NCBI RefSeq assembly: GCF_036588685.1
Contig: NC_086373.1
Span: forward strand, 51,522,001 to 51,586,000
Reading direction: 5' to 3'
Length of the DNA stretch: 64,000 nucleotides
From: Mytilus trossulus
Lineage: Eukaryota
In this document: piece by piece, positions 40,854 through 53,785 of the stretch
How positions within the stretch are numbered: position 1 is the first letter of the stretch
Layout of the letters: each line of letters starts with the position of its first letter
Notes under the pieces: generated by a model
Seen by the model: only the letters and a program-made list of their open reading frames with translations
Database searches by the model: none
What the model was told of the DNA's origin: nothing
Program-made: the position numbers and the translations under genes

Positions 40854-43800
40854 TAGTACGGTGACGGAATAGTAAAAAGGCGATTATTAACAGAGTTTAA
40901 TTTCACTTTAGGGTATACGGCTAAAAATCGATGTACGTCTAGAGAAATGATTTTACTTTAATTTTAGACTGGTCGTCAAAAAGTCGAACGGTGCAGTTTT
41001 TTAATTTGCCGTTTTGTTAGCAAAAATGACATGAAATGTGGACTCTACAAGGCATGTAATTTCGGTATTTTTTTTTTTAAATCGTTACCAAATATATGTA
41101 TTCCGTATAGGATTTAAATAACACATATAATATGTTATTCATTAAGCAATAAGAGTAACATTATAAGTTTTTTGTTAAATAAATATGAAGATACAAAGTT
41201 CTTAAACTTTGGACATTTTGTCGCTTCACCGGATTTCAATACTTTGCAAGAACGCACGCATCTTTAAATTATGAACTAATTTATACAACGTGAAAATTCA
41301 GCAAATACTCTTTTCAGTGACATAATTTTTTATCATAATAAATTTCACAAAAAGATGTAAAATAGAATTAAAAATATTCACTATTAAAATACAATCTTAC
41401 TTAATTTCCGGAAAGTCGTGTCAGGTACGGGTGATCTGATATTATAAACCTTATTGATTTTGAACTTCGAGCGCACCATATGTTCGATTACTATATAGCA
41501 ATTATCACTTGATATTACTTGTATTTGGTCAAAGTTTTTGGTATTAGATATTTTTGTTTGTTGTTTGTTCAATTTTGAGGTTGTGTTAGTTAGGTTTGAT
41601 TTATTTTAGAAGAATATGAATTATTTAGTTGAAAGTTATTTTTAGAAATTGAGGTCTGGCCTAACCCCAAAAAGAAGGCACAACAGGGAAGTCCGTTGAA
41701 ATTTGGCCCAAGTACTGCAAAGCGGCTGAAACCAAGTTTAATATTAGAAAAATGTGTAATTTGCCAGAAAAGCAGTAACAGTAGTTTTATTTACACATAA
41801 AGCTGGTAGCGTAAAGATGATATTTACTTAAAGGATTCCTTTTTGGACAAGTTACAATAGTCTCTTGTCTAAAAAGGGCGCCGATGTTACAGTTGTAGCA
41901 TATCCTCCAATTATAGACTAAACCGAATGATATGACCACAGCGTATACTGCCATGAAGAAATGTCTTGACATGGGGAATGATGCTGGACAGGATTACGCT
42001 ATTCAAACATTTGACCAGCAACTCTATGCAATCCCACAAGTCAAATGGTCGAATCCTTACATTTTTAATCGCCATATTCTCAGGCTTGGTGGTTTCCATA
42101 GTTTGTCGTGTTTCTTAGTCTCTATCGGGATACTTTGGGTCGAGGGCGGTCTTCGCAATTTGTTTGTACAATGTAGATTATGGTGTGTATGCTGGAAATA
42201 CAGCCGAACTAATGTTGAATGCTAAAGAGTTTAACAGGGCTGTCAGAGGGTTCACGCTTGTGTTTGAAGCCCTACAAGTTCTTTTTATCGCATTTATACA
42301 CTGGTGTAGGACCTTTGATTACTTCGATCAGATACCATCTGCGTTCTGGAATGTTTTGTTAGAGTTCCATAAAAGTATATGTGATCAAACGGACCAAGAC
42401 TCAGACATTAAAACTAGACTGGAAAATTTGTTTGAAGATCATGTACAGCCTCATATTGGTCTGTTCAAATAATGAGGTCACGATGCATCACCTACTTTCA
42501 AATGAGGACACGTTCCTCGTTGCCGTTCAAATTATGTTGTCAAATGTACGAGCAGAACGACAAGGTAATTGGTCGGCAGATTTGATGTCTTCGTCCAAAA
42601 TGCTGCCCTTTTTTTACCTTACCAACCGTACAAATAAAAAAAAAAATTAATTACTCTAGATGGATGCCTGTATATATTCTTGATATGCTCGAACTACCAG
42701 CAGAGATCGAATCAGCTTTTAAACTAGGGGAGTTTTCTATCAGACAAAAGCAAGGCATATTCAATGGCACATTTGGAGTGGTATGGGCACTGAAAAAAAC
42801 ATCATAAAAGATTCAAAGGGTTCCGGTGGTATCGTTTGAATTACAAATCAGAATTCTGCTCTTATAAGGTGGACTCTGACTCGTCATTTATTAGCGTCCT
42901 TTAGTAATGAAATGAATGAAAGAGCAGGTATTACATGCAAAAGTGACAATTCAAGAGGTAATCAAACAGACAGCTTTGAAGCGAGACGAAGAGCAAGTAC
43001 AAGCAATAATTACTCATTTGAACCAAACCATGACTGACCCCTTTTATATAGATGCCGACCCTCCTTGTCTCATTAATATCTCTACAGGCATGCATGCTAC
43101 TAGAGAAGTTCAGGATTCTTGCTTTCTGTAGTAGATGAAGGAGAAAATATGTGCAGAAAATTACTTAAGAGTGCGCTTTCTTTATACCAATCCGGAAGCG
43201 TCTACAGTCCTATTACCAAGTTCAAATGGAAAACATTTGAACATATAAACGCTAAGACAACCCTTAAGTGTTAATCTGGCGAAATTATAACCGGCCATAT
43301 AAATCCAGAAATTGTTTTTAGACGTGCTCTGGTTTGAGCTAACATCAGAGATGATGTTACTATTGAAATTATTCTCTCACTTCCACTTGGGCCTATCCCG
43401 GTTTCTTTGTTCCATGAAGATGGAACAATGAGAAGATCGTGTAAATCTGATCTAGTTAACCAGTTTGAAAATGAAGTCTCGCCGGTTCTTTCTTTGCCAG
43501 ATTTTGATCCTTCGTTGACAATTTACATGAGAGACGGTATGGGTATAGTTCAGTGCATGGATGCAAAGAAACATAAAACCTTTGGAGATCTTGCTCTTGC
43601 CTATTGCAATTATTTAGCAAGTTGTTTTACAAAAAGTATACGTAGCTGATGTTTTTGATCGGTTTGATGTAAAACACTCCATTAAGTCAGCTGAAAGAGA
43701 GCGTCGTACCAAAGTCACTGCTCATGCAAATGTGTTTCAAGTAATTGAAGTTAGAAATGTTCCCGACTGGAAGAAATTTCTTTCTGTTAAAATAGATAAG

Positions 43801-45605
43801 CCGGCTCTCATTAATTTGTTTGGTGACTTCCTGGTCTAGTTTATTAAAAGAAATCCTCTATTAGTGCTCCCTGGACATACTTATTATATGGCAGGTTCCT
43901 TTGAAGATCCTGAAATTGCTAAAGTTATTTCTGACTAGGAAGTCGTTGAATGTCCTGAATTGTTCAGTACTCAGACACCCGCATGATCCTTCAGGCTTTA
44001 CATGCAGACAAAAGAATGAAAGAGATTGGAAAGAAAGGCAGGATCGTTATCAAAACATCTGATACAGATGTCATTGTTCTCTGTATTCATTTTTTCAAGC
44101 AGATGACCATCACGAGTGAATTCTGGATCCAAAATGGGAAATGTTGGTACTTTAAAAGATAATAGAAGGTTTTTGACAATTCACCAACTGTGATCTTCAC
44201 TCCCTGCAATCATTTGTAGAGTTCTTCATGCCGTACATGCTCTCTCTGGGTGTGACACTACCTCTTTCTTATTTGGAATTGGTCAAAAGTCAGTGTATAA
44301 AGTGTTGAAATATGCAGTACTGGATTTCAGTGATCTGTACAATTTAGGAGATTCCGACACAGAGACTGCCATATTATGCTCTAGACGGTTTGTGGCAAGA
44401 CTTAACGACCAAAAGCAGGAATATGCATCCTGCCATCAGGACATTAACAAACTTCGAGTTAAGCTTGCTACAAGCAAGGATTCAAGTCTGATCAGATTGA
44501 CACCCTCTGAAGCGGCGCTTCGACAGCATATCCGTAGTACCTCATTTCAGACTAAAATTTGGCATGCTTCTTGTCTTGCAAAACCACCCCTGCCTTCACT
44601 ATTAGAATAGGGATGGAAATCATTCAAAGATTCATTGCACCCTGTCTACTTTGAAGGAAACATGTCAGCAGATTTTCTTCATGACCTCGTGTGTTCGTGT
44701 AAGGGAAAGTCACAATGTAAAAAGTCGTGTGTTTGCGTCGACCAAAACCTTGTATGTACCGACTTATGATCCTGCCAAGGATCAGAATCATGCAAGACCG
44801 TTCATACACATACCCTAACAGAAGAGGTTTGAGAATAAATTTTATTTGACAGTAAGGCTAGCGCATTTGGTGCGATTTGCAAATTGAATGTGTATTTCTG
44901 ATACCTTTATTAAAAATCTAAAGTTTTCACACAGTTAAATGCAGTTCTAGTAATCCAAAATACTTTTTGCAATTGTGTATATGATCTGCGCTGGTTAGTG
45001 TTCCTTGTAATGCATAGTAGAACATATAAAATGTTTTTGAAAGCCACATATCAGTCTGTCTTATTAGAGTTTGTTGTCAATTTGGCGTGTACCAACCCTA
45101 ATCTAAGTGTACAAAACTTAATTGTTTAACTTATATTGGGTAATAAAAGATATTTATCTTAAAGGAGACATGTTTTTTCGTATTTTATATTCATTTATTA
45201 TAGTTTTGATGCTTGTAATAATGATTGTTTCGAAAAAATACTTCTTTTTTAGTTAAAAATCATCCCTCTTTTTTAAAAGTGTTTCACTTTATCGAAACAG
45301 TTTATTTAAGAATGATTTTTTAATTTTTGGGTGATAATTGAATGAAAAAACAGAACCCATGCGGTTTTGCTAAAAAAAAATATGCGATAAGGTATTTTAG
45401 TTGCTATCTAATATCCTTTGCAATTATGTATGGAAAATGGTGGTTGACCTTTGATCTCGATTTCTGAAAAACTGCACCATATTTAGTTTTGACGACCAAA
45501 TTAATTTTAAAGTACATAAATTTTCGATTCGAATGATATATGATACAGCCGTATACCATTTTTGACGATTACATTTTTAAAATGTTCACTCTGGTCACCG
45601 TACTA
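40854..45605. mobile_element. AcademX-type DNA transposon, decayed, 4,752 bp
   Basis: Perfect 12-bp terminal IR TAGTACGGTGAC / GTCACCGTACTA, further subterminal inverted blocks (GGTATACGGCT, TGGTCGTCAAAA, GGTGCAGTTTTT) and a 3-bp TSD CGA (40851-40853, 45606-45608). Confidence 0.88.
41650..44832 (+). pseudogene. Academ transposase - XPG-like nuclease - Cys-rich finger, multiple stops and frameshifts
   Basis: Relics across frames: TFDQQLYAI, ILRLGGFH, NYSRW, SLFHEDGTMR..CKSDL, DGMGIVQ, DVFDRF, LHAD...IVIKTSDTDVIVL, HALSGCDTTS.LFGIGQK, L.PSEAALRQHI, CSCKGKSQCKKSCVC...CTD. Much of the N-terminal part appears deleted. Confidence 0.85.
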
Positions 45606-46346
45606 CGACAATCAACTGTCATTCTTTGTACAGACATTTCCTTCTATTGCAAATGGTGAATATTATAGCAGCGAAACCCTCTCACTTGTATGACAGTCGC
45701 TTATATTAAACCAAAAAGACTTAATACTAGAAGTTAAAATGTCAAAAAATTTACATAAAGCAGTCAATATTGTGGTATTTTTTTTAATCACTATGAAAAA
45801 CAAAATAAAATATAGAAGTTAACAAGTGCATCAGCAAAAATGAAAGTATACATACAAAGTACACAAACATCATCATATTTGGTGGAAATCAGAAGTTTTC
45901 AGACGCGCCAAAAGAAAATTACCAAATATGGACTAAACATTTGATGTTATTATTTTTACAAAGACAGATATAAGAACACCATAACACGCAATTGATATGA
46001 TAAGGAAAAAAGGACGATACCGTACGTTCTTAAACATTAAAAACTTAAAGGAGGGGGTGTCAATGTCGCCTGTATGGTCGTATTTAAAAATTAATTATTG
46101 TAGTCAGTAACCCTTCCTTATAGTGTCATTATATTATATATTAAAATGAACTCCTTATTTTAACATTCAACTACAAACTATAGTAATATAAGTCGGATGG
46201 TCAATATCAGTTCTGAATAGATTTAGCTTTGCCAAGTAAGGATGGATATTTTAATAATTTCAAGTTTCAAATGTCATTGTGACGTTATTTTACATATCTT
46301 ATTTATTAGTGTATTTGGCAATGGTAACGTGTGAAAATCTCTATCT

Positions 46347-46713
46347 GTGTGCAAATTATCACCCGACATAATGTAAAGCGTGTGCAAAAATACGGTTCAA
46401 ACCTATTGCTATGTTATTACGCAGTAAAATATGGATTTTGGAATGAGGCTCCCAAGAAGGGTCAGTATGTTGTTCGACGTATACTGTGGTTTTTTTTTAC
46501 ATCTAAATATAAAAAAATATCTTAAGAAATAAAATACAAATCAAATGTAAAAAGATGGAAGTCGATGATTTTTTCTCACAAATTAAAACCACGTATTTAT
46601 TAACTAAAGCTGAACTAAATGTGTAAATTATGACAAATGGCATACTATTCACTATGTCGGACCTCAGATAACATAGATTTTGCACACGAAACTTTCTTAA
46701 ATGAATATATAAA
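46347..46713 (+). promoter_or_regulatory. MT gene 4 promoter: 3 MREs + TATA
   Basis: TGCACAC at 46347(-), 46380(-), 46681(+); TATATAAA at 46706. Confidence 0.88.
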
Positions 46714-46784
46714 AAACGGCATACTACCAGACAACAACCATTCTATTTTATAGCATATTAAGCAGACCAGTTTAAACGGAAGAA

Positions 46785-47991
46785 ATGCCTGGACCTTGTA
46801 ATTGCATTGAAAGTAAGTAGCTATCATATATTTAAACTTTTAATTGAAAATCTAACTTGAAGCATAATTAGGTTGATTATTAAACATAAATTTTACGCAT
46901 TTTAAAAAAAATCGATGAATGTATTTTGTTATTAAAAAAACAAAATTAGAAAAGATTCTCGCAGAAATCTATTGTACACTATAAGGCCGGGAATTATTTA
47001 TATGAATTGTAACATAAGTGTTATGCGTAAGAAATTGGACGGTAGAGATTAGAATACAAATGGACAGTCTTCTATTTACTTTGTTTCCCTGCCTTCTACT
47101 TCTACAACCCCCGCCTCACTTATCATAACTGCTTTGCAGAAAGGGTCGATTGAAGCGGTCCATTTGGACGATCGATGCATTTTAATTGAAACTTATAGAA
47201 TAGAAGGAAAACCTCCTTAAATTTTTCCTTGGTGAGAACACTACTTTAATAAATGAATCGATCCATGCATCCCTTACCTGTATGTCGTTGTGTGTTTGCC
47301 TGCATTTATCAGAATCTTGAATATAAAGGTAAACTGCCTGTTAAATTTTTTTTTTTGCAATTTATATAATACAAGTGACAGTTAAAAGATTGATTTTGAG
47401 TCAAATGAGACCACTTATATGGATTCTTTTTTCTTTGTGTGTAGCAAACGTGTGTATCTGTGGTACAGGATGCAGCGGAAAATGTTGCCAATGTGGAGAC
47501 GCCTGTAAATGTGCAAGTGGCTGTGGATGTTCTGGATGTAAAGTTGTTTGCAAATGTTCAGGTTTGTTCATATATACAGTTTTGTTTTTGTAGATATCCA
47601 TTTTATCTACATAATTTGAATTTTAACTAAAATATAGTAAGAATATTTAGTTTGCCTTGTTCTTCTAGACTTAATTATCAATAATTACACGTTCAACTGA
47701 ATAAGTGTTCAAGACGTAATTAACAATTTGGGATATGACTTGTTCTTCTAGACTAAAGTATCAATGAGAACACGTTCAACTGATTAAGTGTCCAAGACGG
47801 AATAAACAATTTGGGAGAGGCATGATCTTGTTCAAAGCCATCAAACAAGCAAAGAGTATCGATATGATGTACGACTACTACTTATGATTAAACCAAAAAG
47901 TATTAATCATTTTTCAGGTACCTGTGTGTGTGGATGTGATTGCACTGGCCCGGCGAACTGCAAATGTGAATATGGGTGCTCCTGCAAGTGA
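46785..47991 (+). CDS. MT20: Metallothionein MT20-type, gene 4 (72 aa, 23 Cys)
   Basis: Exons 46785-46812, 47445-47561, 47918-47991. [72 protein letters not shown]. Confidence 0.95.
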
Positions 47992-50900
47992 AACAAAGAC
48001 AGCCACACCATTAACGTGCATAATCTATTCATACTTGTAACTTATATCATTCATAATTAATTGTTGTTATCAATTCATATGAAAAACTCAAACTTTTATT
48101 TTGTTGTTGTTGAAAAATATTTATTTTGTATATAAAATGTTTTACGTCCATAAATGTCAATTGAATTTTAATAAATGATTGTCGTTTTTACAGCTATCAT
48201 TTTCAGTACAGGATAATCTGGTTATCCCAAATATGTACAAAATATTTGTAGTAATCACAAAATTAAGGTAAACAATCCATGAAGGTCATCCAGACAGTGA
48301 AACCCACCAATTTCGACTACTAAAGTACTTTCTATACTTATTACATCTAAACATTACATTTACACTTGTTCATAAAACCTTTCTGATTGAAGTACAGTGT
48401 GTATATCCACGCTTAGAACAGCAACGCTAGGACACTATATCTGTTAAATGATCAAACTGTTTCGATTGTTTCTTGTAGTGAGCTCTTCGTTAATGCATGT
48501 GATCCTAATGTCAATCCCAGATTAGTTCAAGCATTGTTCTGGTCCCTTGGACTTGGTATTTTGTGCGAAAACGCACCATTCAGGCAAAATCATACTGAAA
48601 ATTATGCATTATTAGCCTTTGACGTTCAGCAGATATCAATCAATCAATAATACACCACTTACAGGAAGGTATTTTGATTTTGATTCCTCAGACGAAGTAG
48701 ACCTTTGGATTCAGTTATTGTAATTTGTGTAATTTGTGTGTGTGTGCATATAGTTCTCATTACTTTCAGGCCTACACCAGACATGTTTCCCCACAAATAA
48801 TGTTGCCTCTTTATTAAAGAACAATTATTCCTTTAACTCTAGTTTTTCCGTCTTTGTGTTTGTTTGTTTTTGATGTTGTAAATGTTGCACTTTAAGAAAA
48901 CAGATGTATTGCTGATCTTCTTTTTAGGTCTCAATGGATGCTTCGAACGTGTTGCCAATGATTAATTTAATGCGTGATATTACATGTTTTGAAACAGTGT
49001 GAGTGTCAATGAGACAACTCGCCATCCAAATAACAATTTATAAAAATAACCCCATTTCTGCTGACACATAGTAGTAAGTATCGGAAATTACATTGAAGAT
49101 GTAAATGTAAAGAAGATTTGTTATTACAGTTTGTTCATCACTTGTCTAATACAGGTGTTCATCAATTAAAAATGTTATGGATAATTCAGAAATATATCAT
49201 ACCCTAGTCAGTTATAGCATATTTAAGTAACATAAATAAATACCAGTACCCCAATCAAACTGTATTGTAGTGATGACTATGTATATCCAGACAGGTACAT
49301 AAAAGGCGACGTTTGTGGAGTGTTTATAATCGTGACGATGAATGTGCAACTACAAAGAACAATTTTACTTAATTCTCGACTGCATGCTTACACCTGTCCC
49401 CTCATATTCATCGGTTTGGTGTAGCTTGGCTGTTATGTGTGTGACGTGTCAGACTAATAATCAGATTTAAAAAGAATGTATGCCCAATCAAAAATATTTT
49501 ATAATTAACAAGAAAACATTCAATTCGTGAAATTGAGTTAATATAATTGAAAAAATAACAGCACGAGAGAAAAAAAAACAAATATAGAAACATATATATA
49601 TATTATATGGAAAAAATTATGACGTATCTATAGTGCATGTGCAGTCATATTAATGTGTTTGATACTGAAATTAGAAACATTTCTTTATAATTTGATGTTA
49701 ACAATTAAAGTTATCGACTAATTTAAACATTTTAACTCAAACAATGAGTCACAAGGCTGTTGATAACTCGTACTTGATATAATTGTTTGTCTGTTATTGA
49801 AGTTAATCTTTCTTACTATGGAATGCCATTGTGACATAGTTTTACATATTTCATTCATAAATATATATGGAAATTTGCCAGAAAGTATAAATCTACATAG
49901 GTATAGTATTGGAAACTTGCCAGAAAGTATAAATCTACATAGGTCAAGTATAAATGGCCAGTTTTTCATCCAAACACTAATAGGGAGGAGATAGATACCA
50001 CAAAGGACATTGAAAATCATAAGTAGAAAGAACAAAAATCGAAGACAAAAGTCTAAAGCGTATTTATTTTCCAGATAAACTTTTATGTCTCATTCAAAAT
50101 CATCAGTCGAAAATAAAAAAAGAACTTTTAAATACCCGTTCTTTAAATCATCTTGAAGTTTGAATAGTTTGGTATTTATAGGCGAGTTGTTTACCCGAGG
50201 GATGAGTTTTTTCTATTCCCGACCAATAGCGGAGGGACACAAAGTTTCACCATTGTTTGCCTGTATGTCCCGAAATATGTTTCCGTTATAACTTTTATTT
50301 CTCTCACCAAAATATTAGAAACTTATACACAATGCTTATTACTGCAAGACACAGATCAAGTTTAAATTTGAGTGGCGTCACGTTTACCCATTTAGAGTTA
50401 TGTCCCTTTCAACGAAACAAAAGTTGAAATTTTCGTTTCCGTTTTGTAGATAGTTTGCCTCAACCAAAACATGTAAACTTACACACGATGCTTATTATCA
50501 CTTACACATTCCAATCTTGTATTTGATTAGGCAGTTGCTATATAGTACATGGACTAATTGACCGGTCAATACTATGTGTGCCTGAAATATTATTTTCTGC
50601 AGCACTAGGGGGTCGGACATTATATGCATGTGCACATAAAAGAAATGTTTTGCAATTTATCAATCTTGTTACTGGTAATTGAAATTGTTGTTTCGTTTAA
50701 ATATCATCGTCCAATGTGGACAACGTCTAATTAGAAAAAAATGGCATATATGTTCCATATTTATTCAAGAAATAATTGATGCAAGCTATACTTTATTGTA
50801 GTTTTAACATAGGTATGCATTATATTCGTGACTATTTTCCCCCTACCGATTGTGAGGGCTAAAAGAACACAAATATAATGCTAACACTACCGGGAAAATA

Positions 50901-52130
50901 TCCCTAGCACTACTCCGATTTGATTAGCGTCACGTTAACTTTTCCTGAGTTAAGTTCCTACTGACTTTTCTAATTCCGTTCGCTTACTCAAGTTTGCCCG
51001 AACCAAATATAATGAAACGTTTACACAGTGCTTACTGCAACAAAACACAGTTCATGTTTAAATTAAGGAGGCGTCACTTTCTCTTTTCTAGAGTTATTTC
51101 TCTTAACCGTTCTCCGTTTTCTAAGTCAAGTTATTTTTTTTTTTATTATAATGTTAAATGCAAACAGGGGCGGCATCATCTTTATTTCTAAAATATATGG
51201 ATACTTTTTTTAAAGAGAAGGGCGCATTTAGTTTCCAGAAGTAGCTTAGTTTTAGTAAATTGATCTATATGAATGTTTACCAGACGGTTCCATGCCACTA
51301 AAGGAATGTTGGAATTATTTTTGGGGGTTAAAGAATTAGGGGCAAAAAAAGTGCCCAAATAAGCCTTTTTGGAGTTTTTAAACAATAACTTGTGTTTTTA
51401 AAAGTGTATGAATCCCTCTGAAATTATACCACAAGTGTCCATACCATGAATGGATGGTTAGTTTTGACTTTGGAGAGTTATGACTCAAAGAGTGTTGGAA
51501 TTACGGGCAGAAAAAGGGGAAAACTAGGGTTTTCAGGACATTAGACAATTTAGACAATTTATAAAAATGCAGTGTAAGGGAAGCAATTCATAACCATTAA
51601 AAATACAATGTTGGGTATGTTAGGATTAACCTCCCTTACACTACTTGTATATTATGCATAAAGAAATGTCAGGTTTGGACTTATTGCAAAAAAAGTTTGA
51701 AGAAGAAATCTATTATTGCACAATATTGCGCAATAGATTAGTAAGATCTTGTCATTTGTTCTGCGTCAGAAACCCATATTACTAGTATATCAATTTTTTT
51801 ATCACAATCCAAATTCAGATCTGAATCCAGCAAAACGAAAGACAAATCTAAGTTTATTAAAAAAGTATACAAATATCATCATATTGGCGGAATGCATAAG
51901 TTCCCAGACGTGCCAAATGGATATCACCAAAAATGAACTTAATATGTAAGATTTATAATTTACATAGACAGATGAAAGAACACTATTACACGTAATCAAG
52001 ATTATAAACAATATCAGTTCCTGTAATCTATATTTCAAGGCAATCATGTATCATTTGTGAAGTTGATATGAAATATTATCAACAATGTCTTCGTACCTTC
52101 CGATGAACTCCTTTAAAAAAAGGGCGATAC

Positions 52131-52715
52131 TTATAGATTATTACATGGCATTTTTCATATGGCCCTGGTATCAGCCCTAGACTCCCATAGCAAGCCAAAG
52201 GGCTTTCGCCCGAGGGCTTGATATGGGTCGTGGGCTGATACCAGGGACCATATGAAAAATGACATGTAATAATATATTTATCACATATTTTTTTAAGCAA
52301 TAGAAAACCAATAGCTTACACCAAATTATGTTTGATATTTCATCAAAAACCAAAAAGATATTTAACGAGAAAAAAAATAAAAATGTATCACTGTGAGTTA
52401 AAAAAAGTTTGTATCATAAATTTTCTAAATTCTTTATGACGTCAAAATTTTACGGGAACTTTTGTGATTTTCACTGTTGATTTCTACTTTTTTCGTCTAC
52501 AGTAGATTCGTAACTTTATAAATTTCTTTTCATTGTGTTCAACTTGTTTACAAATAGTCTTTGATTGACAGTTTACTGGAAGTTAAACTCTGGGGCTTGA
52601 TATGGATTTCGAGGGCTGATATCGATATCGGCCCCGAAGGCTGATAACCAACCTTGACTTCCGGCTATTATTGGCCATGCAAAAACGTACATATCAGTAC
52701 AAAATATGTGATAAA
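52131..52715. mobile_element. Non-autonomous long-hairpin element without TSD (class unassigned)
   Basis: Hairpin arms 52137-52177 and 52232-52273; second IR TTTATCACATATTTT (52277) / AAAATATGTGATAAA (52701-52715); the paralogous empty site at ~46020 reads CGATAC-C-GTACGTTCTT. Confidence 0.7.
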
Positions 52716-52815
52716 GTACGTTCTTGTACATTAAATCTGAATGGAGGGGATGTCTATATCGCCAGTATAGTCGTATTAAAAATACTAATTACTGTAGTCA
52801 GTAATTCTCCCTTAT

Positions 52816-53155
52816 CCTGGGTCGATACCTCTGCTGGTGAATAATCAGTTCCCGAGGGTATCATCAGCTCAGTAGTCAGTGCTTCGGTACTGACATAATT
52901 TAACAAAATTGTCCGTTTATTAATTTTGAAATTATTACAAAATTAAGGTTTCAACTCCCTCATGCAAAGTTGACTTGAGATGAATTTGGCTATTTATTGT
53001 ATGTATTTTTGACATATAGCTCTTCAACGATGTTCTATATTTATCTATCTTCGGTTTTCAAATATTAGGCTTTGACCGTTCCTGGTGAAGGTCAATACAG
53101 AAAAGCGCTTCGGACGCAATAAATTATTAAACTTGTTGTTTCCCAAATTTTTAAT
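52816..53155 (+). mobile_element. Retrozyme-like insertion with a degenerate hammerhead upstream of MT gene 5
   Basis: Absent from the paralogous site at ~46120. CGTTC-CTGGTGA-AGGTCAATACA-GAAA-AGCGCT-TC-GGACG at 53077-53116: palindromic stem III AAGCGCTT and 5-bp stem I, but the core box is mutated and stem II is weak. Confidence 0.55.
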
Positions 53156-53363
53156 ATTTTCATATCAGATATTAAAATAAACTCTTTATTTTTACATTAA
53201 AATACTATAATATAATAGTATAAGCGGTTGGTCAATATCAGTTCTGAAAAGATTTATTGACCCGTACTTAAATCAATAGCATGTTTGCCATGTCAGTGTA
53301 GGATATATATTTAAATGATTCTTATTAGTTAGTGTGTTTGGTAACGTGTGAAAATCTCTATCT

Positions 53364-53712
53364 GTGTGCAAAACACCACCTGAAATAAAGCGTGTGCAAA
53401 AGTCCGGTTAATCTAATTGCTATGTTATTACGCAGTAGTATAATGTGGATTTTGACATGAGGCTCTCAAGAAGGGTCAGTATGTTGTTCGACATACAATG
53501 TTGTTATAAAATCTAAATATATCTTAGGAAATAAAATATAAATAAAATTTAAAATGATGGAAGTCAAATATATGTTTTTTCTCGCAATTTTCAGCCATGT
53601 CTTTATGAAAACTATATATGTATAAAATGACATATGACATACTATATACACTATGTCGGACCTCAGATAACATAGTTTTTGCACACGAAACTTTCGCAAA
53701 TGATTATATAAA
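53364..53712 (+). promoter_or_regulatory. MT gene 5 promoter: 3 MREs + TATA
   Basis: TGCACAC at 53364(-), 53392(-), 53680(+); TATATAAA at 53705. Confidence 0.88.
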
Positions 53713-53785
53713 AATCAGCATACTACCAGACAACAACAATTCTATTTTATAGCATATTGAGCAAACCACTTAAAACGAAAAAAGA

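Noticed and set aside
50200-51850. Fragments resembling further Helentron/HINE-like repeats
   Set aside because: Too decayed to define ends or family by eye.
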